This document shows positions 1 to 8,579 of a stretch of 32,000 nt of DNA, one piece after another. Both the position numbers and the translations under genes were made by a program. How positions within the stretch are numbered: position 1 is the stretch's first letter; every line of letters begins with the position of its first letter. Under the pieces are notes generated by a model, which worked only from the letters and a program-made list of their open reading frames with translations, made no database searches and was not told where the DNA came from. Source of the DNA: Gemmata obscuriglobus (GTDB lineage Bacteria > Planctomycetota > Planctomycetia > Gemmatales > Gemmataceae); NCBI RefSeq assembly GCF_008065095.1, contig NZ_CP042911.1, forward strand, positions 7,890,001-7,922,000, in the 5' to 3' direction.

Positions 1-120
1 CGAAATGTAAAAATTATCTTACCATATCCAGTTAATCGACGGGGATGACTTCTCCCCCGATTCGGCGTGACGGCGCCCCAGAAGGCGCTCTCGCTCACAT
101 CCCGCCCCAACAACCTCACG

Positions 121-438
121 CTACCGTCCCCGAACCCGCACAGCAGCCCTCCCGGATGAACGATTGCGGGACTGGCGAGTCAGAGGGATGACGCCTACGG
201 CAAGAAGGTCTGGGTCGACATTATTGCCAGCTACGTTCGGCCAAGCATCTTTATTCGCACCGGCGAAGTTGTGGGAGGCTCGCACCACTTGTTTGAGCGC
301 GTTCGTGTTCCGCACTCGCTGAGCCGCTTCCCGGACCTTTTGAACGGCGGGCAGCAACAAAGCAAGGAGCATGGCCAGAATGGTAATTGCGATGAGCAAC
401 TCAATCAGAGTAAATGCCGGCCTCAATTGACGAGCCAT
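121..438 (-). CDS. prepilin-type N-terminal cleavage/methylation-domain protein, DUF1559-like, unusually short (105 aa, possibly truncated)
   Basis: The N-terminus [34 protein letters not shown]...NALKQV..HNF matches the type IV pilin-like methylation motif plus hydrophobic helix typical of planctomycetal DUF1559 proteins. The usual ~300 aa body is absent. Confidence 0.55.
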   Translation of the reverse strand: MARQLRPAFTLIELLIAITILAMLLALLLPAVQKVREAAQRVRNTNALKQVVRASHNFAGANKDAWPNVAGNNVDPDLLAVGVIPLTRQSRNRSSGRAAVRVRGR

Positions 439-559
439 TCCGATGGCACTCCCATAGAAGCCCTGGCAAAGCTACTGCGGCCGTCGCGCACCAGGTCCAT
501 GGCCATCAATACCGAGAGTCGTCGGCACGTGAGTTTGGTGAAGCGGGAAGCCCGAACAG

Positions 560-867
560 GCACGAGGTCGTGAGCGCCGGGTGGCAAACTCATGACGGCC
601 GCCCGTGCGCCGCAGGTGCTTCAGCGCCCCTCACGCACCCGACCGCGGACGGTCACAGAATCGGCATCAGCCAGGCTCAGGGCGTTGGGCACGCTCCCCG
701 CGCGCAGTTCCGCAACGATGCGGTTTGTACTCCGCGATCGATTCCGGGGAATTGTGCATTACGAGGTAAACAGTCCGGCGATTCCCGCCCATGGAAAAGC
801 GGACATCGGCTTGGTCGGAAGGCTTGTGGTGGGCGTAGACGGGGACGGATTCTTTCTTCGGCGGCAT
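560..867 (-). pseudogene. tyrosine recombinase/integrase N-terminal remnant (frameshifted and truncated)
   Basis: An ATG at 867 gives MPPKKESVPVYAHHKPSDQADVRF..YLVMHNSPESIAEY. The frame then breaks at an AAA run (TTT 724-726 on +). The adjacent frame continues NRIVAELRAGSVPNALSLADADS. This resembles the N-terminus of planctomycetal phage-type integrases as I recall them. No catalytic domain remains. It lies about 110 nt beyond the 3' end of tRNA-Lys and is transcribed away from it. Confidence 0.4.
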
Positions 868-978
868 GGCTCACTAGGGATACGGCGTAAGACTACGCCG
901 CTTCCTGACTGATCCGGCCGCACTCCCGAACGTCGAGAGGTAAGCTTAACTGCTTCGGCAGAAAGGAATTACAAACAG

Positions 979-1051
979 TGCGCCCGCTCGGATTCGAACC
1001 GAGGACCAAGCGGTTAAAAGCCGCTTGCTCTACCAGCTGAGCTACAGGCGC
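979..1051 (-). tRNA. tRNA-Lys (anticodon UUU)
   Basis: The reverse complement reads GCGCCTG TA GCTC AGCTGGTA GAGC A AGCGG CTTTTAA CCGCT TGGTC CTCGG TTCGAAT CCGAG CGGGCGC A. It has a 7-bp acceptor stem, a T-loop TTCGAAT and anticodon loop CTTTTAA. CCA is not encoded. Confidence 0.92.
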
Positions 1052-1313
1052 GTGAACAGCTTGCACGCATCTACGATAGGAACACCGGCAATAGTTTCCA
1101 GTTGTTCATCTCCGGTAACCTGCCATTTTTCCAGTTAGATCACGCCGCAGCTTTCGCGGCGCAGGTTGGACCGTGACCACATTCCGGGCCGTGTTCGCCC
1201 GGTTGCAGGCCGCTCACGTGCGCGTCGTCAGGAAGTTCTTCTGAGTTGTATCCAAGGCGACCGGTTCCGACTTCAATCGTGGACCGAGAGCGTTCACCAC
1301 GCCGGTGTGGTAC

Positions 1314-2563
1314 CAGGGCCTTTCCTTGATTCACTCTACGTAACTCCGATAAGTCCCTTGGCCATTGCCGGGTCCATCTGGAGCCGCTCGATCGCCTCCG
1401 GGCAACTCACCGCCTTGACCTCACGCCACAGGTGCACCACGGCGTTCCGCAGCGCCGCCAGCACCTGTGGTGCGTGCCCCATGCGCACACGACACGCGTC
1501 CTCGCCCAGTGTCACGTCACGCACGTAATGCAGTTCGTTCTCGATGCGCCAGTGCGTCCGCACATGGTTCAGGAGTGTGGCCGCATCCGCCTTCTCGGCC
1601 GACAGGCTCGTGATGCCGAAATGCACTTCGACCGTCGTTTGGCCTCGGACCGTCCGCTCACGCGTCAACTGGAAGCCCTGCTTCACCCCCGCCCACGTCG
1701 GCGAGCACGTCAGAATCGAGGTCGTTTGCAGCGTCCGCTTCTCGATGCGGCCGTGACCCTTATCGACGGTCGTGGCGATGCGGCTCGGGGCGGGCGGAGG
1801 CCGATCCCCAGGGGGAAGTGGCCGCCGCGATCGATCGGGCGGCGGTCTCGAAGGCGAACCCGGCTCGGATGTCGATCCCCAATCCGGGTTGGTTGTCCTT
1901 CACCGTGAGCACGTAGTCGCCGCCGGCCCCGACCACCTCCTCGGCCAGGTCTCGCTGGCAGAACATGGCGTCGCCGACCACGACCTTCCCTCGCAGCGGC
2001 AGAATGCCGAGGAGCGTCAAGGCGGCCTTGTGCTCGTTGGTGCTCGCATCGACCTTGACCTGGGCGAGTACGGCACCGACGGTGGGGGCGTATGCGGCCA
2101 GCAGGTGCTGACCGGGGATCGCGCCGTTGCGAGAGCCTCGAAGGGTCTTGCCGTCGATGGAGATGTGTGTGAAGGCGGCCGGGTCGACGCGGCTGGCGAT
2201 CCAGTACGAGAGGACGTGCTCCAGTTGGTCGGCGTCGAAGCGTCGCAGGGTGCGGGAGAGCGTGGAAACGGCCGGGGTCTTGCCGCGTCGGAAGCCGAGG
2301 GCATGGGCGAGGGCGGGTCCGTGCTGTCGCCCGAAGCGAGCGATGCCATTGAGGCTGGTGCGCCCCATGAGCATGGCGAGGGCGACGAGTCCGAGGAAGG
2401 GGGCGAGTGGGTGGATAAGGCCGTGCTTGCTGCGGGGATCGGGAACCGCCGCCAGGGCATCGACCAGGGTGCAAGGAGACATGGGTACCTTCCTGGCTGC
2501 GAGAAGGCGCCCCACATAGCCACGTTCCCTCGTGTAAGCAAGGTGAAATAAGGAAAGGCCCTG
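1314..2563 (-). mobile_element. ISAs1-family insertion sequence (1250 bp) with a 10-bp target-site duplication
   Basis: The terminal inverted repeats are CAGGGCCTTTCCTTGATTCAC (1314-1334) and GTGAAATAAGGAAAGGCCCTG (2543-2563), matching 19 of 21. The flanking direct repeat GGTGTGGTAC occurs at 1304-1313 and 2564-2573. Size and duplication length fit the ISAs1 family. Confidence 0.8.
1336..2515 (-). pseudogene. ISAs1-family (H-repeat-associated) DDE transposase, split by one frameshift
   Basis: The N-terminal ORF 1760-2515 contains ...DALAAVPDPRSKHGLIHPL...ISIDGKTLRGS...YVLTVKDNQP. The C-terminal frame contains TTVDKGHGRIEKR...THWRIENELHYVRDVTLGEDACRVR. The frames differ by one nucleotide near 1770-1800. 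Confidence 0.8.
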
Positions 2564-2628
2564 GGTGTGGTACAGTGTCCCACCGGAACGCAGGTTGATT
2601 CAGCCGGCGGGACACTGTACCACACCGG
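2564..2628. repeat. long palindrome (25-bp arms, 17-nt loop); the left arm carries the ISAs1 insertion
   Basis: The right arm is CCGGCGGGACACTGTACCACACCGG (2604-2628). The pre-insertion left arm is 1302-1313 joined to 2574-2586, with one A/C mismatch that would be a G-U pair on the minus-strand RNA. The loop is AACGCAGGTTGATTCAG. It lies about 130 nt downstream of the minus-strand HesB-like gene. Confidence 0.8.
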
Positions 2629-2757
2629 CGAAACGAACAACGCTCGCGGGAACGCAATCGCGAGCAACTGCACCCGCGGCGGAGCGCCGCAGAGAAGGTC
2701 TCGGAACCGGCCGCCCGTGGCTCACAACCGCCGATGTTACGGCGGTCTTGTTCATGC

Positions 2758-3285
2758 CTACTTCTGTTGAGCCGCGCGGTCGTGTGCGGCCCGCTGCTCG
2801 AACTCGTCTGTGATCGATTTCCCCGCGGCGTTTTGCGGGCACCGGGACTGCGGGAACGTCACGATGAAGCCCCGGTTCCCGTCTACCGCGCCGAAATCGA
2901 TTCGGGTGCCCCGGGCGTACGGGCGCTGCCACTCGAGCACCACACACCGAATCCCGTCGACCACGAACTCGAAATCGTCGTCCCCCGGGGGAGCGGCCTC
3001 GATATCGAGTTTGTTCTGGAAACCAGTACACCCGCCGCCTTTGATCGTGTACCGCAGCCACCACCGATCGATGTTCAGACCCGCGACGTGCGTCCGGAGT
3101 TCGTGGGCCGCCGCTGGTGTGATTTCCAGGTACACCCGCTCCCGCGGGGGCGGGGCCAGTTCCAGCGCCGGGCCGGCAAGACTCGGCGCCGGGGTGCGGG
3201 GCCGCGCGTCGCGCACGGGCATGTCGCACCCCGTGAGCCACACAAGAAAAAGGGCGAACGTAGGCCCGGTTTGGGCTCGGATCAT
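2758..3285 (-). CDS. HesB/IscA-like domain lipoprotein
   Basis: The start is taken at MIRAQTGPTFALFLVWLTGC (lipobox LTGC), because the longer ORF start would overlap the upstream gene. The HesB/IscA core is ITPAAAHELR...RYTIKGGGCTGFQNKLDIE...FEFVVDGIRCVV...GTRIDF. The C-terminal CGCG motif of IscA is absent. Confidence 0.7.
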   Translation of the reverse strand: MIRAQTGPTFALFLVWLTGCDMPVRDARPRTPAPSLAGPALELAPPPRERVYLEITPAAAHELRTHVAGLNIDRWWLRYTIKGGGCTGFQNKLDIEAAPPGDDDFEFVVDGIRCVVLEWQRPYARGTRIDFGAVDGNRGFIVTFPQSRCPQNAAGKSITDEFEQRAAHDRAAQQK

Positions 3286-3350
3286 GGGCACGGTCTCGTT
3301 GATTTCACAGACCCGCTCCATGCTACCAGACCCGGCCGGCCACGCAACCG

Positions 3351-4871
3351 TCACTTCTTCTTCGGCTCGGCCTCCTTCGCCGCAATGCCGGGGCTGGCGT
3401 TGAACACCTTCACGACGGCCGCCGTCTTCACGTTCCACACGGCGACGCTGCCGTCGTAGCTGCCGCCCGCGACCAGTTCACCGTCGGGGCTGAAGGCCAC
3501 CGTGTACACGTAGTCCGTGAGGCCCGCCAGCGACTTGCCCGCCGCCAGCGTGTCCATGTTCCACAGCCGCACGGTCTTGTCGGCGCTCGCGGTGGCGAGC
3601 AGCGGCTGCTTCGGGTTCGCCACGACCTTGAACACCTCGTCCCCGTGCCCGCCGGCGTTCTTCACCTGCTTGCCCTCGCCGTTCGGCTTCCAGGTGCGGA
3701 GCTGCTTGTCCGCCCCTACCGAGTACCCGGCCGAGCCGTCGGCCTTCACCGCCACCCCGTACACGATGTTCTGGTGCTCGGGGAATGTCACCACCGACTC
3801 CTTCGCCTTCAGGTCCCACACCTTCGCGGTCTTGTCGCGCCCGGCGGTCAGCAGGTACTTGCCGTCCGCCGAAATGGTGCAGCCGAGTACCCAGTCCGCG
3901 TGGTTCTCGACCGTCTGAACCGGCTTCGCCTTATCGAGCCCCTCGGACAGGTCGAAGACCCGCACGGCGCGGTCGCAGCCGCCGGCCGCCAGCGTCTTAC
4001 CGTCCGGGGTGACCGCCAGACACAGCACCGAATCTTCCACGTCGAACAGGTGCTTCACCAGCACCTTCGGGTCGTTCACGCCGTCGAGCACCTCGACCCC
4101 GTCTTCCCCTCTGGCGGCCCCCCCCCCTGCGGGTTCCCCTGCCCCCCCTCCGGCCTTCCCCTTCGCAGCGAGGTCGTAGATGCGAACGTCGCCCTCCTGC
4201 CCCGGGCGCCCGCCCGCGACCGCCAGCTTGCCGTCCGGCAGGAACGCCAGACCGTAGGCGCGTTCGGACCGGGTACGGACCCGCTTCGTCAGCTTCCCGG
4301 TAGTCGCGTCCCACACGGTGAGTTCGTGGTGCCCGCCCACCACCACCGACTTGCTGTCCGGCGTAAACGCCAGCGCGTTGACGATGACCGCGAACGGGTA
4401 CGCCTTCGGCGGCACCGGCGGCTGCCACCGCACCCGCAACTCCTTCACGAGGTCGCCCTTCGGGTCGATGCCGGCGTCGAGCTTCGCGCCCTCCTTGATC
4501 CACCGCTCGACGAGATCGGCCTTGCCCTTCGGAACGGCCTCGCCCTTGTCGCGCGGCGGCATACGCCGCTGGTCGGTGGTGACCAGGAGCGCGTGGAACT
4601 CGCTCTGGTCGGGCTTGCCCGGCACGATCGGGTCGCCGCCGGTGCCGCCCGCGCGGATCTTCTCGTAGGTGGTCATGTCGTACTTGCCCGACTTCTTCTT
4701 GGAGTCGTGGCACGCGAAGCAGTTCTCCTTGAAGATCGGGGCTACGTCGTTGATGAAGCTGACGGGCTTCTGGGCGTTGGCCGCCGGCAGGTCCGAGAAC
4801 AGCAAGAGGTATGAGGCGATCAGCGCGGCGACTGCGCAAAGGACGCACGCACAGTATCGGTGGCGCAGCAT
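3351..4871 (-). CDS. planctomycete cytochrome-c domain (PSCyt1) plus WD40 beta-propeller protein
   Basis: The start is taken at MLRHRYCACVLCAVAALIASYLLL (signal/anchor). FINDVAPIFKENCFACHDSKKKSGKYDMTTYEKI..GG carries the CxxCH heme motif. Multiple WD40-like repeats follow (e.g. AFSPDGELVAGGSYDGSVAVWNV). Confidence 0.85.
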   Translation of the reverse strand: MLRHRYCACVLCAVAALIASYLLLFSDLPAANAQKPVSFINDVAPIFKENCFACHDSKKKSGKYDMTTYEKIRAGGTGGDPIVPGKPDQSEFHALLVTTDQRRMPPRDKGEAVPKGKADLVERWIKEGAKLDAGIDPKGDLVKELRVRWQPPVPPKAYPFAVIVNALAFTPDSKSVVVGGHHELTVWDATTGKLTKRVRTRSERAYGLAFLPDGKLAVAGGRPGQEGDVRIYDLAAKGKAGGGAGEPAGGGAARGEDGVEVLDGVNDPKVLVKHLFDVEDSVLCLAVTPDGKTLAAGGCDRAVRVFDLSEGLDKAKPVQTVENHADWVLGCTISADGKYLLTAGRDKTAKVWDLKAKESVVTFPEHQNIVYGVAVKADGSAGYSVGADKQLRTWKPNGEGKQVKNAGGHGDEVFKVVANPKQPLLATASADKTVRLWNMDTLAAGKSLAGLTDYVYTVAFSPDGELVAGGSYDGSVAVWNVKTAAVVKVFNASPGIAAKEAEPKKK

Positions 4872-5482
4872 GACTGGGTGTCTCGGAGAAAGTGAGTCGG
4901 GGCAGGTTTGGGAGTGAGTGTAACGGATGTCGGGAGCGGGAGCAACGAGATCGGGCCGAAGAACGAACTCGCGTCCCCTCCCTGAGCACACGGCGGAGGC
5001 CAACACGCCGCAGGGTACTACAAGGGATCGAGCATCCACTCAGGGTGTCTTGGGTTGCTAAATCCCTGAATTACGACCGGATCGGTAGCTTTTTCCTGCC
5101 GACAGGTAACTCTGACACGGTGCGAGCGAACTTCACCACATTTCGACAATCCGCCCCCTACTGTGGGCTCCCGATCAAGCTCGCCAAACGGTGCATCTTG
5201 ACAACCGGTCGTCCGATGTTCGGACAGTTAGTTACCGGCGTGGACAAGAACTGATCACCCGATCTGGAGTCGCGTTTTTCCGACTTTTCGGCACCGTGCC
5301 GGCACCCGGTTTGCAACTTACATTGCCACTCAAAGTAGTGCTTCCGCACAATTGGACGGTCGATTTGCGACGGATCGCACGAGACGGTACTCGCCGCTCG
5401 TAGCTCTCGCCCGTCGCCCCTACGCGGCGGCCCGGCCGCGAACCCGTCGCCCCCAACCCAAGTCCGCGAGGTCCTTGTCACT

Positions 5483-7084
<1,602 letters not shown>

Positions 7085-7115
7085 CGCACGAGAGTCCGCC
7101 AACAGGCATCTGAAC

Positions 7116-7167
7116 GTGGCCGCGACCGCGCGGGGCGATCCTGTCGCTCCCGTATGGTCGCGGCCAC
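7116..7167 (+). terminator. hairpin downstream of otsA
   Basis: Perfect 12-bp arms GTGGCCGCGACC (7116-7127) and GGTCGCGGCCAC (7156-7167) start 32 nt after the otsA stop. The 28-nt loop is large and there is no clear T-tract. Confidence 0.45.
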
Positions 7168-7447
7168 AACCAGTTTAAGAGAAGACACCCACACCACATT
7201 CACGCATTTCCGGAATAACGATCGCCTTGTGAAAAGTTCGATAAGAGTCGCCGGGTCTTTGTCAGGAGAAAACGAGGTGCAGGCGGGGAAATGTAACATG
7301 TGGTCAATCGGGCACCAACTCGTGTAAGGAGGCAGAAAGGCGCGGGTATAATCGCAGCGAGGCGGTGCGCACCCGCGCCGGCCCCCTCAGTGGCCTCACG
7401 CCCGGTAGCTGAGAACCTCCCCGATCGGCACTTTTAGTGGGTGTTGC

Positions 7448-8440
7448 ATGTTTCATTCCATCCAGCGTCGCTTGACGTGGTTCGCACTGGCCCTCGGCGC
7501 GCTCAGTTTGCTCCCGCTCACAGGGGTGCTGAAGGCACAACAACCCGGCCGTGCACGGCCGGCAGGCAGCTACTCTTACGTTCCGCGAGGCGCCTGGCGT
7601 CCTGCCGGTTTTAACGGCACGCAAAACAACATCGGCAACGGCGGACAAATTCAAGGGGGCCAGATTCAAGGCGGCCAGATTCAAGGTGGGATCGGCGGTC
7701 AAATCCAAGGCGGCATCGGTGGTATCGGTGGCCAGATCCAGGGCGGGATCGGTGGCATTGGTGGGATTGGCGGCATTCAAGGCGGGATCGGCGGCATTCA
7801 AGGCGGTATCGGTGGGATCGGAGGTATCGGTGGCGGCATCGGCGGGATCGGTGGTGGCATCGGTGGCATTCAAGGCGGCATCGGTGGGATTGGCGGCGGT
7901 ATCGGTGGCATTCAAGGTGGCATCGGCGGGATTGGGGGCGGGATCGGTGGGATCGGCGGCGGTATCGGTGGCATCGGTGGTGGGATTGGTGGTATCGGTG
8001 GCATCAGTGGCGGGATCGGCGGGAACATTGTCACCTTCCCCTCCATCGGCAGCTACCTGGGTGGTGCCGGCGGGTTCGGTGGCGGGATTGGCGGTATCGG
8101 TGGTGGCATCGGCGGGATTCAAGGTGGGATTGGTGGGATTGGTGGCATCGGCGGGATTGCCGGCGGGTTCGGTGGCGGGATTGGCGGTATCGGTGGTGGC
8201 ATCGGCGGGATTGGTGGCATTCAAGGCGGCATCGGCGGGATCGGTGGCATTCAAGGCGGCATCGGCGGGATCGGTGGCATTCAAGGCGGCATCGCTGGCA
8301 TTCAGGGCGGCATCGGCGGGTTCAACATCGGCGGTGGCGGGTTCGGCGGTATCGGCGGCATCGGCGGCGGTGGATTCAACATCGGCGGTGGCGGGTTCGG
8401 CGGTAAGCAACTCGGGTTCAGCGGCGAAACGGGCTACTAA
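7448..8440 (+). CDS. secreted Gly/Ile/Gln-only repeat protein (GGI/GGIQ units, silk-like GGX)
   Basis: The signal peptide is MFHSIQRRLTWFALALGALSLLPLTGVLKAQQ. About 260 residues of GGI, GGGI and GGIQ units follow, with no charged residue. Differences between repeats are mostly synonymous in this frame (ggc/ggt/ggg/gga, atc/att, caa/cag) but not in the other open frames. Confidence 0.75.
   Translation: MFHSIQRRLTWFALALGALSLLPLTGVLKAQQPGRARPAGSYSYVPRGAWRPAGFNGTQNNIGNGGQIQGGQIQGGQIQGGIGGQIQGGIGGIGGQIQGGIGGIGGIGGIQGGIGGIQGGIGGIGGIGGGIGGIGGGIGGIQGGIGGIGGGIGGIQGGIGGIGGGIGGIGGGIGGIGGGIGGIGGISGGIGGNIVTFPSIGSYLGGAGGFGGGIGGIGGGIGGIQGGIGGIGGIGGIAGGFGGGIGGIGGGIGGIGGIQGGIGGIGGIQGGIGGIGGIQGGIAGIQGGIGGFNIGGGGFGGIGGIGGGGFNIGGGGFGGKQLGFSGETGY
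7637..8405 (+). repeat. degenerate 9/12-nt tandem repeat array encoding the Gly-rich protein
   Basis: Units of the GGCGGCATCGGTGGGATT type are reiterated in two blocks. The blocks are separated by a unique linker encoding NIVTFPSIGSYL. Three reading frames stay open across the array. Confidence 0.9.
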
Positions 8441-8462
8441 CCAGTAACGTTGGTCAAGCGCG

Positions 8463-8505
8463 AAACGGCTCGGCCCGGGGCACTGCCACGGGCCGAGCCG
8501 TTTTC
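8463..8505 (+). terminator. rho-independent terminator of the Gly-rich gene
   Basis: Perfect 14-bp stem AAACGGCTCGGCCC / GGGCCGAGCCGTTT with a 13-nt loop, followed by a T-run (TTTTC). It starts 23 nt after the stop codon. Confidence 0.7.
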
Positions 8506-8579
8506 GCTACCGCCGGCGCGCGCGCCGGAGTACCATCAGCAGCCCGCCCCGGTTTTGTTCGGTCTTGCGGAAACTCAAC

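Noticed and set aside
1710-2673. 315-aa and 218-aa minus-strand ORFs and a 259-aa plus-strand ORF overlapping the ISAs1 transposase
   Set aside because: They are alternative frames of the transposase region with Arg/Pro-rich composition. The frame with ISAs1 motifs explains the locus.
7347-7352. Perfect TATAAT about 95 nt upstream of the Gly-rich gene
   Set aside because: No acceptable -35 hexamer lies at 16-18 bp spacing. I also do not know that the E. coli sigma-70 consensus applies in this lineage, so this is too weak to call a promoter.
7637-8405. Possible CRISPR array, because of the dense short repeats
   Set aside because: The period is 9-12 nt with no unique spacers and no repeat of 24-40 nt. 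The array is the coding sequence of a Gly-rich protein.
7304-8410. Alternative open frames across the repeat array: the minus-strand Ala/Asp/Thr/Asn/Pro-rich ORF and the + strand ORF at 7551-8447
   Set aside because: Neither has a signal peptide or a sensible terminus. Inter-repeat substitutions are non-synonymous in these frames but mostly synonymous in the 7448 frame.
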